Both the position numbers and the translations under genes were made by a program. Below the pieces are notes generated by a model that ran no database searches, was not told the DNA's origin, and worked only from the letters and a program-made list of their open reading frames with translations. Shown piece by piece: positions 51,857 through 61,621 of a stretch of 64,000 bases of DNA (within the stretch, counting starts at the first letter, position 1; the number at the start of each line of letters is the position of its first letter). Location of the stretch: contig JAYZAY010000011.1 in assembly GCA_036339465.1 (NCBI GenBank), positions 1 to 64,000 of the forward strand. The letters run 5' to 3'. The stretch comes from Myxococcota bacterium. GTDB taxonomy: Bacteria > Myxococcota > XYA12-FULL-58-9 > JABJBS01.

Positions 51857-51888
51857 ACACATAGAGCATTAGATACATGGAGCATTAG
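51841..51888 (+). repeat. 16-nt tandem repeat x3 spanning a stop codon
   Basis: atacatagagcgttag / acacatagagcattag / atacatggagcattag. Confidence 0.9.
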
Positions 51889-51997
51889 ACAATGGGGCCT
51901 TTGGGTTCACGAATCGATTGCACCGCAGGATTCCTTATATTATCCGGCACATAGAGAGAAGAACGGAGGGGCTTGTCCCCATGCTAAAGGAGCTCAG

Positions 51998-53413
51998 ATG
52001 ACTGCGAACGAGCAACAGCCACTTTGGGGAGGGGGAGATTCTATGATGCATCCTGCCCTTGATGCGATTTCCGTATCGTTGCGGCAGGATATGCCTCTGG
52101 CCGAAGCAGATTTAAAGGCGTCTGCGGCTTACGCTAGAGCCCTGGGCAAGTGTGGTGTGCTCTCCATAGAGGATGGGGAGGCCCTTTCCAAGGAGTTGCT
52201 AACAATCCGGGGTGAGTACCGGAAGGGTGAATGGCGGCCGGATGGTTTTGAGGATGTTCATACGGCTATTGAAGCGGAGGTTACCCAGCGTTTGGGAGAT
52301 CTAGGCGCCAGATTACATACGGGTAGAAGTCGAAATGACCAGGTTGCCACAGCTTTTCGCCTGACTGTCATGGGGATTATTGATGATTTGGCAAAATGCG
52401 GAACGGATCTCCTCATGGTTATTCTGAATCGTGCAGAAGATGAAATTGACACCCTCATGTCGGCTTATACGCACTTACAACGCGCACAACCCATTCGTCT
52501 GGCTCATTGGTTGATGTCCTATTTTTGGCCACTAGAACGAGATCTAGAGCGACTTATGCAATTGCGTCAGAGGGTTGCCGTTCTACCTTTGGGTGTGGGG
52601 GCGGTATCGGGACATCCTTTTGACATCGATCGGAATTATCTGGCAGATGAGTTGGGTTTTGATGCGATCAGTGAGAATAGTCTGGATACGGTGGGAGATC
52701 GTGATTTCGCGATTGAATTTGTTTTTGCATGTTCTTTAATTGGGATTCATCTGTCGAGAATGTCTGAAGACTTGGTTGTATGGAGCTCAGCGGAGTTCGG
52801 TTTTATTAAGTGGCCTTCTAATTTAGCGACTGGCTCCAGCTTGATGCCGAACAAAAAGAACCCAGATTTACCCGAATTGGTTCGGGGAAGAGCGGCTCAA
52901 CCCATTGGGGATTTGATGACACTTCTAACTTTAATGAAGGGGTTGCCCACAAGTTATCAGCGAGATCTTCAAGAAGATAAGCAGCCTGTATGGCGTTCGA
53001 ATTATGTCACTCGAACCAACCTTTTGGCCATGACCGCAGCCATTGATGGGGTTGTCTTTAATGGCGATGCCCTAAGTGGTGATCTTTCTGATGATATTCT
53101 AGCGACTGAATTGGCTGATTTGTTGGTGGGGCGTGGTGAAGCATTTCGAACTGCGTATCGGGCTGTCTCTTGTTTGGTGGCGAGGGTTCGAGAAGGTGGT
53201 GGCACACTGAAGGAGTATGCGGCGTCGGCTTCTCCAGAAGAGCTAAAACCATTTATGGCTGAGGATATTCTAAATTGTCGAGTTGAGGATGCCATTGAAC
53301 GTCGGACGACACCAGGTGGAACGGCGCGAGAAGCGGTTGAACTTCAATTCAAAGATGCGCAAGAGGTAATAGACTTTTACCGAGATAAATTTTTCGCTCT
53401 ACAAGACGATTGA
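51998..53413 (+). CDS. argH: Argininosuccinate lyase
   Basis: EDVHTAIE, LHTGRSRNDQV, AYTHLQRAQP, TGSSLMPNKKNPD, YQRDLQEDK. Confidence 0.96.
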   Translation: MTANEQQPLWGGGDSMMHPALDAISVSLRQDMPLAEADLKASAAYARALGKCGVLSIEDGEALSKELLTIRGEYRKGEWRPDGFEDVHTAIEAEVTQRLGDLGARLHTGRSRNDQVATAFRLTVMGIIDDLAKCGTDLLMVILNRAEDEIDTLMSAYTHLQRAQPIRLAHWLMSYFWPLERDLERLMQLRQRVAVLPLGVGAVSGHPFDIDRNYLADELGFDAISENSLDTVGDRDFAIEFVFACSLIGIHLSRMSEDLVVWSSAEFGFIKWPSNLATGSSLMPNKKNPDLPELVRGRAAQPIGDLMTLLTLMKGLPTSYQRDLQEDKQPVWRSNYVTRTNLLAMTAAIDGVVFNGDALSGDLSDDILATELADLLVGRGEAFRTAYRAVSCLVARVREGGGTLKEYAASASPEELKPFMAEDILNCRVEDAIERRTTPGGTAREAVELQFKDAQEVIDFYRDKFFALQDD

Positions 53414-53452
53414 TTTTATCTCATGAACGAATGCTTGAGAGGAGATACAGGA

Positions 53453-53953
53453 ATGGCAGGGAATCAATCTTTTGACATAACCACGGGGTGTGATCTTCAA
53501 GAAGTGGATAATGCTGTGAATCAGACCAACAAGGAATTGGGACAACGCTATGATTTTCGGGGTGTTGAGTATGAGTTGGTTTTCAAAAGAGGGGAAGCAA
53601 GTGTTTCGATCCACGCACCAGATGAGCATAAATTGAACGCGATTTGGGATGTTCTACAGGGGAAATTGGTTCGGCGAAGCGTCCCGGTCAGAAACCTCGA
53701 TCGTGGTAATGTCATTCAGGCAACGGGATTTTCTGTGCGTCAAGACATTGCCCTGACTCAAGGAATTTCGTCGGACACCGCTAAGAAGATCATCAAGTTT
53801 CTTAAAGAAAAAAAATTGAAGAAGGTCCAGTCCACCATTCAGCAAGATCAAGTTCGAGTTGTTTCGCCTTCAAGAGATGCTTTGCAGGAGGTTATGGGGA
53901 TCTTAAAGCAAGAAGATTTTGGGGTTGAACTACAATTCGGTAACTACCGTTAA
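53453..53953 (+). CDS. yajQ: YajQ-family cyclic di-GMP/nucleotide-binding protein
   Basis: SFDI, EVDNAVNQ, RYDF, QGI...AKKI, KVQSTIQQDQVRV, RDALQ, LQFGNYR; AGGAG RBS. Confidence 0.93.
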   Translation: MAGNQSFDITTGCDLQEVDNAVNQTNKELGQRYDFRGVEYELVFKRGEASVSIHAPDEHKLNAIWDVLQGKLVRRSVPVRNLDRGNVIQATGFSVRQDIALTQGISSDTAKKIIKFLKEKKLKKVQSTIQQDQVRVVSPSRDALQEVMGILKQEDFGVELQFGNYR

Positions 53954-55133
53954 ATCGCGAAATTCCATACTACGAAGTATCCTTCACGTTGACATGGATG
54001 CGTTTTTTGCGGCTGTGGAAGTGAAGGACTTTCCTGAGTTGGTGGGAAAACCCGTGGTGGTGGGTGGTTCTTCCAGTCGCGGAGTTGTGGCCACAGCTTC
54101 TTACGAAGCCCGTCGGTTTGGGATCCACTCCGCTCAACCCATGGTCCATGCATTAGAGCGCTGTTCCCATCTTATTGTCCGGCCCCCACGAATGAAGCGC
54201 TACCAGGAAGTAAGTCGAGGTCTTTTTGAGATATTTCGACGCTTTACCCCGGTGGTGGAGGGACTTTCTTTGGATGAGGCGTTTCTTGACGTGACGGGAA
54301 GCGAGTCGCTATTCGGTTCGGCATTTGAAATTGCAAAGAATATCCGAAGGCTGATTTGGAGTGAATTGGGTTTAACTGCATCTGCGGGAGTTGCAACGAA
54401 TAAGTTTTTGGCCAAATTGGCGTCTGAGGAAAACAAACCAGATGGGCTAACGCGAGTGCAATTGGAAGAAGTCGAGGGATTCTTGTCTGGGATGCCCATC
54501 GAGAGGATGTGGGGGGTTGGTCGTCTTACTGCCAAGATTCTTCGAGAAAGAGGGATCTGCACCATTGGTGGGCTGAACCATTTAACGGATTTGCAAGCGA
54601 CCAATATTTTTGGTTCTTCAGCCAGTACATTCTTGTTGCTTGCCAAAGGCATTGATCTGCGCGAGGTAATATCCGAGTCGGCTCCCAAGTCTGTGGGTTC
54701 CGAACACACTTTTGAGATTGATACGCGTTCCCAGGAAGTTTTGGAGCAATCAATTCTTCAACACAGTTTCATTATTTCGGCTCGACTTTTTGACAAGGGT
54801 TATCACGGCAAGACAGTGACTCTAAAGTTGAAAGATCCGATGCATGGCGTTCGGACGTGTCAGCGAAGCCTGAAAAAGGGGATTTTTTCTGGCGACGAAA
54901 TTTATCAGATGGCTCGAGAAATTCTTCGCGGGGAAATGCCCCTAAGGAGCCCGGTCCGGCTGGTTGGGTTGTCGGTATCCAATTTATCTGTGGAGCGCCA
55001 AACAAGTCTATTTCAGGAAAAGAAAAATGAACGTTGTGAAAAGCTAGAAAAAGTTCGTGCGCAATTACGTACGAAATTTGGTAAGGATATTTTAACTCGA
55101 GGTACGATTTTAGGAGAGCGCTCCAATAGATGA
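53919..55133 (+). CDS. dinB: DNA polymerase IV
   Basis: ILHVDMDAFFAAVE, RGVVATASYEAR, SLDEAFLD, NKFLAKLAS..KPDG, WGVG, PKSVGSEHTF; start codon uncertain. Confidence 0.95.
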   Translation: MGLNYNSVTTVKSRNSILRSILHVDMDAFFAAVEVKDFPELVGKPVVVGGSSSRGVVATASYEARRFGIHSAQPMVHALERCSHLIVRPPRMKRYQEVSRGLFEIFRRFTPVVEGLSLDEAFLDVTGSESLFGSAFEIAKNIRRLIWSELGLTASAGVATNKFLAKLASEENKPDGLTRVQLEEVEGFLSGMPIERMWGVGRLTAKILRERGICTIGGLNHLTDLQATNIFGSSASTFLLLAKGIDLREVISESAPKSVGSEHTFEIDTRSQEVLEQSILQHSFIISARLFDKGYHGKTVTLKLKDPMHGVRTCQRSLKKGIFSGDEIYQMAREILRGEMPLRSPVRLVGLSVSNLSVERQTSLFQEKKNERCEKLEKVRAQLRTKFGKDILTRGTILGERSNR

Positions 55134-55199
55134 AGGCGCACAGTCTTTGATTGGGGCAACAATATGAATGGCCAAGGTAAAGCAGCATCGATAATCGGC

Positions 55200-55721
55200 G
55201 CGCCGGCTTCTGCATCATGCTACCACCCACTTTTCGCGTTATCGTTTTCAATAAAATAGGTCTTTTCGGAGTAGAATAAAATCTTTTGAGAGGGGTAGAA
55301 GTTCGACTGGCATGGTGACCCTCGATTTCTCATCAACCTCAAATTCGCCGTTTCGAAGTGATATCCATTTGAGGTTTGGTTTTCGAGTTTGGGAGTTGGG
55401 AACCACATACATATGCTTGGCAATTGATTTGCGGTGTAAAAAATATTCATTGTTCTGCAAGGCTATGTTTGTGTCCAATCATTTTGCGATCTCATCGGGA
55501 TTTTGGTTTGCGGCTTTTCCCGAGTTTGAAGTGACGGGAATGATTCGCAGGATGATTGGAGATGTGTTTTTCGACCGGGGCATGTTTAGATTACGTTGTT
55601 CAAGGTGCCCAAAAGATTGGGTGGTTGGGAAATAGAGTTTTTGACAGGTCAGGTGGCGTTCATGTTCTTTTGCTGCTTGTGATGGTATGAATTGATATCG
55701 AAGCAAGCGTTTTGGGCACAT
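55200..55721 (-). pseudogene. Decayed gene remnant with in-frame stops
   Basis: Track ORFs 55479-55721 and 55248-55478 abut in the same frame, separated by one TGA; further TGA/TAA stops follow. Confidence 0.45.
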
Positions 55722-55769
55722 CGTTTGAAAGGAGTGCCCATTCCAAGACCGTTAGCTCGGTTTTTTCGT

Positions 55770-55802
55770 AAAAAAAGCCGCCCGAAGTAGGCGGCTTTTT
55801 TT
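55770..55802. terminator. Bidirectional intrinsic terminator (ends hpf transcript)
   Basis: aaaaaaagccgcc-cgaagta-ggcggcttttttt, 19 nt past the hpf stop. Confidence 0.9.
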
Positions 55803-55821
55803 CAATCATTGGGATTTCTCT

Positions 55822-56265
55822 CTATTCAATTGGCACCAGAGCCGGGCTTGAATTTTCATACTCAAGAACCTCTCTTTCCCATTTTTCTGGTGCTGAAGAT
55901 AGATTTTCCTTGGTTTCAAACTGTCTACGTTTCGCTGCAGCTTTTCGTGTACGGCTGGTGTTACGTCTCCTACCCCTTTCTCGCTTTACCTGCTCCACGA
56001 GTCGGTCTTTGGCGAGGTCTATGGCCTTGTACATATCGTCATCTACTTCTGTGATGTTGATAGGGCGAGATTGTGGCATGAATACGGCGATCCGACATTC
56101 ATTGTTCCTTCTACCTGTGATTTCTCCTAGGTCAGAAAGCTCAATTTCAATCTTTGCGGCTGGTCGGTCGAAAATACGCATCAGCGAATTACCGATCTTG
56201 TCTTCCGCGTGGTTTTTCAACGACCGGGTTAAATTCATGTGTCTCGCTTTAACAATCACTCTCAT
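55822..56265 (-). CDS. hpf: Ribosome hibernation promoting factor (HPF/RaiA family) with atypical basic C-terminal extension
   Basis: MRVIVKARHMNLTRSLKNHAEDKI, DDMYKAIDLAKDRLVEQVKR; GGAGG RBS. Confidence 0.88.
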   Translation of the reverse strand: MRVIVKARHMNLTRSLKNHAEDKIGNSLMRIFDRPAAKIEIELSDLGEITGRRNNECRIAVFMPQSRPINITEVDDDMYKAIDLAKDRLVEQVKRERGRRRNTSRTRKAAAKRRQFETKENLSSAPEKWEREVLEYENSSPALVPIE

Positions 56266-56639
56266 TAAGAAAATCCTCCTGACCCGTTGCTTTTCGAGCC
56301 ATTGTCCCCTGCGCTATCGCGCTTACCTTAAAAGAAAAATAGGTCGAATGCAGGCGCACCGACCCCTACGATTGGTTGATAGTTAACACTCCTTTGGGTG
56401 TTTACGCTCGGATGAGCGAACTCAGTAAGAGTCCAGACAAGAACAAGGCTCTGTAAATGCCAAGTCTTATCATGGGCTTTGGATACCTTAACCTTATCCA
56501 TTACGATCAGTATGGTAGTAAGCGATGGCTCCGTCCAGTGTTGAATATTTTAAAAGCAAACAAATCATAATCCTCATGATCGTTCTATCGGAACGGCCAA
56601 AATTTTGCCCTCTTTGAAAGTACGTGGGACGCTTGGCTT

Positions 56640-56957
56640 ATGGAACTCACGACAATTATTTCTATGCTGCAGCGCATCGAAGAACGGCTCGACGCGCTCG
56701 ATGACAAACTCGAAAGTATGAAGGGTAATACCAAAAAGTCTATGGAATGGATCGGTACCTTATCCGAGCATGTTCGTTCGCTGGATGAATTTCGGGAAGA
56801 GGTTAGGGCAACTTTTGAGCCCATGGCTCAGAAGATGGACAATGTTGATGAGGTTACTCGGATCCTCCGTCACGCGACCGTAGATATTTCTAGGCGAGTT
56901 GAAAAAATTCAACGCAGGGAAGACCGGGGTGATTTGGCGGATGTCATGGAGAACTAA
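56640..56957 (+). CDS. Hypothetical coiled-coil protein
   Basis: 105 aa, heptad pattern (LQRIEERLDALDDKLESM). Confidence 0.65.
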   Translation: MELTTIISMLQRIEERLDALDDKLESMKGNTKKSMEWIGTLSEHVRSLDEFREEVRATFEPMAQKMDNVDEVTRILRHATVDISRRVEKIQRREDRGDLADVMEN

Positions 56958-57008
56958 TCTTTGGTGTTTCCCTGGGCGTCCCAAGGGCTCGTTGAACTGT
57001 TTCTGGAT

Positions 57009-57374
57009 TCATTTAGACAAGAGTGGGCCGAGGGCGTTCTTGAAATGACTGACGCCGAATGGCTTAGAGATTAAAAAATTTGCGCCATTATTATCCGCGA
57101 TTTTTCTGCGTTCATTGCTACCTTCCGAGGTAACGAATCCTATGGGAAGATTTGGATACCATTTCTTGACGATTTTGAGAAGTTCGAGACCATCCATGAC
57201 GGGCATGTTCCAATCACTAATGACTAGGTTTGGCTTCTCACTGGAAATTAAGTCGAGGGCATCTTTGCCATTGGCAGCTTGGATGAATTCCGCAGACTCC
57301 CATCCGGCGGCCTTAATATTTCGGATAACCAAACGCCTCATGGGCTTGCTGTCATCAACGACGAGTATCTTCAT
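57009..57374 (-). CDS. Single-domain CheY-like response regulator
   Basis: ILVVDDS, ISDWNMPVMDG, FVTSE, ISKPF. Confidence 0.93.
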   Translation of the reverse strand: MKILVVDDSKPMRRLVIRNIKAAGWESAEFIQAANGKDALDLISSEKPNLVISDWNMPVMDGLELLKIVKKWYPNLPIGFVTSEGSNERRKIADNNGANFLISKPFGVSHFKNALGPLLSK

Positions 57375-57476
57375 GGTCTATCTTCGAGGGGCATTTGTTT
57401 GATTCTATCGTTTGGGGGGTGACAAAAGCAATAAGGTGATGTTTTCCAGAGAGTTGCGGATACGATTTTGAAAAAG

Positions 57477-57929
57477 TTAGTCTACGACGAGGACTTTCGT
57501 ACCATCCTGTGCTGTTTCGGATGCCACATAACCAATGGCCCCTTTATGGGCTTTTACGAAAGCCATGAGTTCCGTTTCAGAGGTGAAAGTCGGGGGCATC
57601 TTACCTTTTCCGGAGAAGACCATTTTACGCCAGTAGTTGGTAAATTGCTTGGCTGTTTTGCCCGCAAATTTTTTCATGAAGCGTTCGTGGAGGTCTCCTG
57701 TCTTCAATGTCACCAGAACAACTTGGTCACCGTTACCCCATTTTTTCATTTTGCCCAGAAGAATTTTCTTGAGTTTTCCTTTAGAGATGGTGGCCACGGG
57801 GTTGTCTGCTTTGACAATGGCCACGTCATCAGCCAAAGCACTGGATGCCCCCAGCATCATTAAAGCAGTGAAGAGACATGTCAGATCTATCTTACTTTGC
57901 CTTGCGCGTGATTTGATCAATCTGGTCAT
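57477..57929 (-). CDS. Small periplasmic binding protein (single-lobe PstS/PBP-like)
   Basis: Signal peptide ending ALA; DVAIVK..NPV..IS...LKKILLGK..KWGNG, YWRKMVFSGKG..P, FV....GAIGYV; GGGGGAG RBS directly after porin stop. Confidence 0.85.
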   Translation of the reverse strand: MTRLIKSRARQSKIDLTCLFTALMMLGASSALADDVAIVKADNPVATISKGKLKKILLGKMKKWGNGDQVVLVTLKTGDLHERFMKKFAGKTAKQFTNYWRKMVFSGKGKMPPTFTSETELMAFVKAHKGAIGYVASETAQDGTKVLVVD

Positions 57930-57944
57930 CGTCTGTTCTCCCCC

Positions 57945-59309
57945 CTAGAACGTCACCGTGGTTTTGAGTCCAAAGATTGTCCAATAGCGCTCTAGGTATG
58001 GATTGTCTGGATTGTCTTTTTCGCCAACCATAATGGTTCCATCTATAAGGTGGCCCTCGATCTTAAAGAGCCAATAGTCAGTGATATCGAAGCGCATGGA
58101 CAACGCTAAGTCTTTGGAGAATGCGTTGTAGTGGGGTTGTAAGAGTTCATCGATGCCATTTCCATAGATCCGGTTACCGGCAAGGTCTTTACAGTCTAAA
58201 TCCCCGTTTCTGCAGGTAGGATCGTTTTGAACAGAGAGGTAAGTCGCTGCTTCAAACCAATCAGTGAAACGGTAAGAGAGTTGCACGTACCAACGTTCCT
58301 GATTCAAAGCCATGTTGCTAACGAAGGTGTTGTTGCTCAGGAAATCACCATGGTAACGCGCATATTCCGCAGCGAACACTGCGTTTTCATAGGTGTATTC
58401 AAGGGACGCAACCCAAAACACGGTATTTGGAAAAGTGATTCTGAAGTCTTTTTGACTGATCGAACTTACGAGTCCCCGTCCCATGAGTTCATCGAAGTAG
58501 GCATCACCGATTTGGCCTTCGGCGTAACTGCTGCCGAATCGTAGGTGTGTGAATTTGAGTAGCAATGTACCCCATTTATAGTCGGTGAGGTCTTCGAGTG
58601 GGGTATTCCATTGAAGCGCGAGGCTGGTCATTGCAGAATTGTACAGGTCGGATACGTTAATCGCGTAGATACCCTTGAATTGGTCATAGCCACGGTTCTT
58701 GAAGAAGTCTGTGACCGACGAATTATCTGGGTCAGGTACGCCCCGTCTGCCGTAACTGACCTGATAATCGAAAGACCCCAAGGAATAGTCTGAGAGGTCG
58801 ACGTTGCCGTAGGCTTGTACGCCGTTGAAGGCGATTAGAAGGTCTCGGAGGGCCAAGTAGTACACGCTGGGCGGCATTAAAACAGTGGTTCGTGTTAAGT
58901 CCAAGTCTTGATACTCACCATAAAGTCCGTAGGGCTGCTTCACGAGGCCGGCTCGTAGGTTAAACCAGTCGGTGATTGAGTAATCGATAAATGCCCAGTC
59001 CACTTCTGGTCTAAGGTTACCTAGCGCCCCCAGGGTTCGAGCAAAAATCTGAGTGCCAACTCGGGCGTCCCCTAGGTCGGCACCAAAGTTCAAGCCTATT
59101 TCTCCGTAGGCCAGCGAGCCATTCTTTGTTTGACCGAGGTAATTGTTGCCCGTCGATTTAAGATAGCCTTGACTTACAAAACCATGGACATCGACTTGTG
59201 CGTTTGCAATGGGACTCAGAAGCAGAAAAAAGGCGGCTATGAATGTACACCCCCACTGGGCCAAGAGTGGCTGTTTCGTTGCGAACCATACGGCCCTATT
59301 TTGGCTCAT
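57945..59309 (-). CDS. Outer-membrane beta-barrel (porin-like)
   Basis: Signal peptide ending ANA; VHGFVSQGY, VDWAFIDY, LRAGLVKQPYGLY, RFD...WLFKIEGH; C-terminal beta-signal TTVTF; GGAG RBS before ATG 59309. Confidence 0.85.
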   Translation of the reverse strand: MSQNRAVWFATKQPLLAQWGCTFIAAFFLLLSPIANAQVDVHGFVSQGYLKSTGNNYLGQTKNGSLAYGEIGLNFGADLGDARVGTQIFARTLGALGNLRPEVDWAFIDYSITDWFNLRAGLVKQPYGLYGEYQDLDLTRTTVLMPPSVYYLALRDLLIAFNGVQAYGNVDLSDYSLGSFDYQVSYGRRGVPDPDNSSVTDFFKNRGYDQFKGIYAINVSDLYNSAMTSLALQWNTPLEDLTDYKWGTLLLKFTHLRFGSSYAEGQIGDAYFDELMGRGLVSSISQKDFRITFPNTVFWVASLEYTYENAVFAAEYARYHGDFLSNNTFVSNMALNQERWYVQLSYRFTDWFEAATYLSVQNDPTCRNGDLDCKDLAGNRIYGNGIDELLQPHYNAFSKDLALSMRFDITDYWLFKIEGHLIDGTIMVGEKDNPDNPYLERYWTIFGLKTTVTF

Positions 59310-59819
59310 TGAAGACAACTCCCGTGCGCGAGCGTTTTTCGTTGCATGAGTCCGAAAGTTCTTTAGCGAAGTCCGAAAATCCAGGCGAAGCCAATTTTCG
59401 ATTCTGTTTCAACGTCGGATTCCCCTCAGGTGTTCACTGTCTGTCCGTGGTGGGATAAACGCCTTTATGATTCCCTGATTTATGCGCATTTCATACCCCA
59501 GACACCAGTGCCCGACATTAATATCCATATCCGACCTTAAGTAAACTTCTTTACCCGCAAACTGCCCGAAACTTGTTTAAATTGATGATGATTACTGGAC
59601 CGCGAGGTTGTTTTTAATAAGCGTCTAAATATTTATTGAGCTCGTGTTAAGCGGTTTCTTTAGCATTGTTTTTTTAAGAACTTGATCCGAGATACTAAAT
59701 TGATGTCCAATAAGTACATAGAGGACCTGCGTGCTCTTTTCCAGGGGTTTAGGTTGTGAGCAAAGTGGTGAACGTAAGCTTGGGATATTGTGACTGGTGT
59801 ACTATTTCGGAGGGCGTGA

Positions 59820-61409
59820 GTGCGTATTACGGCTAAGATATGGCTTAGTGTCGGCGTATTATTTGGAGGCTATCTCTTCTCTATCGCGGTGAATTATCAT
59901 TTCGGAAAAGACAATGAGAGTCTCATCAGCAATGCGAGGGACATCATTTTTCCTGCCGCGCAAAAAGCACAAATGGTCGAAAGTGAGTTTTCGAAAATTC
60001 TCAAGGCCTATGAGGATTCGTCCATGTTGGGCGATTTAGAGGTGCTGGAAAAGACAAAGGTTTGGCAGAAAAGAGTCGAGAATGAATTACGCTCAATAAC
60101 GGAATTTGGGGGGTTGGAGGAGAATTTAGTATTGGAGGCCAAGCGCCTACTCAAAGATCTTAGCACGTTGTCAGCCAAAGCCTTCAAGGTATACGGCGTT
60201 TTAGCATCCGGGGAAGAACTCGAAGATTCCGAAATAGCGGGTAAAGTTCGTCGTGAAAATCAGGCGTTAAAAGAGAGTCTCGGGAGGTTTTCAACCGCGC
60301 TTTCCACTGCACTGGAAAATCAATTGGATTTGGCCGCTGAACAATCCACAAATAGTCGCAACTTAGGATTTGTTGTTTTTGTCGTCACCGTCCCGATTAC
60401 TCTATGGAGCATTATCTTTGTGATTCGGAGACTCATTTCACAGCCCTTGCAGGCCATTGTGTCGCGCCTACGAGATATTGCTGAAGGGCAAGGGGATCTC
60501 ACCAAGAGAGTGTTGGTTACGAATCGCGATGAGATTGGTGAATTGGCGGATTGGCTCAATGTCTTTCTCGAAAAGCTTCAAGGCACTATCGAGAGTGTAG
60601 CCGACACCACAGAAACCCTATCGAGTTCGGCACAAGCTCTGGCAGGAACGTCTTTGGAAATGGGCGGAACCGCCGATGAAACCTCGGTGAAGGCGGGCGA
60701 TGTTTCGAGTTCAGCTGCTCTCGTAAGCGAAAATGCTCAGAGGGCAGCCGTTGGGGTCGAGCAGATGAGCTCCAGCATTCGGGAAATCGCCAAGAGTGCC
60801 AATCGGGCCGCTGAGGTCGCCCGTTCTGGGGTGGAGATGGCGCGAGTGACCAATGAAACCGTGGTTCGTTTGGGGCAGAGTAGCGCCGATATTGGTAAGA
60901 TCACTTCGGTTATTACAGGGATTGCCGAACAGACAAATCTCCTGGCTCTCAATGCCACGATCGAGGCGGCTCGGGCCGGTGAATCAGGCAAGGGTTTTGC
61001 GGTGGTGGCCACTGAGGTGAAGGATTTGGCCAAGGAAACCGCGAAGGCGACTGAAGGAATTAGAGAGAGGATTCAAGGTATTCAAGAGGAATCCGTGGCT
61101 TCAGTTGATGCTATTGGAAAGATAGTGAGGATTATTCAAGAGATAAGCGATTTGCAGGCGGGAATTGCGGGTGCGGTTGAAGAGCAGAGTTCGACCATGG
61201 GCGACATTGGTCGCAGCGTCTCGGTGGCCGCTGAAGGAAGTACAGATATTGCGTCGAGCATCATTATGGTGGCGGATGCAGCAAATGCCACCACAGGCGG
61301 TGCCAGGAATACGGAAGAAGCAGCGGCGGATTTATCCATGATGTCCGGTGAGCTTACGAGCCTGATTGGACAGTTCCGGTATCGTGACGATGACGATCTT
61401 GGTTTCTAA
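59820..61409 (+). CDS. Methyl-accepting chemotaxis protein (periplasmic helical sensor, HAMP)
   Basis: TM1, ~150-aa helical periplasmic domain, TM2, HAMP ([11 protein letters not shown]...DEIGELA), [30 protein letters not shown]. Confidence 0.95.
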   Translation: MRITAKIWLSVGVLFGGYLFSIAVNYHFGKDNESLISNARDIIFPAAQKAQMVESEFSKILKAYEDSSMLGDLEVLEKTKVWQKRVENELRSITEFGGLEENLVLEAKRLLKDLSTLSAKAFKVYGVLASGEELEDSEIAGKVRRENQALKESLGRFSTALSTALENQLDLAAEQSTNSRNLGFVVFVVTVPITLWSIIFVIRRLISQPLQAIVSRLRDIAEGQGDLTKRVLVTNRDEIGELADWLNVFLEKLQGTIESVADTTETLSSSAQALAGTSLEMGGTADETSVKAGDVSSSAALVSENAQRAAVGVEQMSSSIREIAKSANRAAEVARSGVEMARVTNETVVRLGQSSADIGKITSVITGIAEQTNLLALNATIEAARAGESGKGFAVVATEVKDLAKETAKATEGIRERIQGIQEESVASVDAIGKIVRIIQEISDLQAGIAGAVEEQSSTMGDIGRSVSVAAEGSTDIASSIIMVADAANATTGGARNTEEAAADLSMMSGELTSLIGQFRYRDDDDLGF

Positions 61410-61621
61410 ACCTTATGTTATGACGCAACGCACAGGCGACATATGCCTAAGCTCTCATACAAATGTTTGCTTCAGTGGCTTATTAAGAAAAGGCTGAAAT
61501 TATTGTGACTTTTGGCTGAGGCTGTTCTAACAATTCCAGATGAATTTTTGGGCGGCCCTCTCGTTTCTCTTTGAGACGGGGATATTTTCCAGGCGGCGCT
61601 AACAATGAGGGGGGGTGCAAG

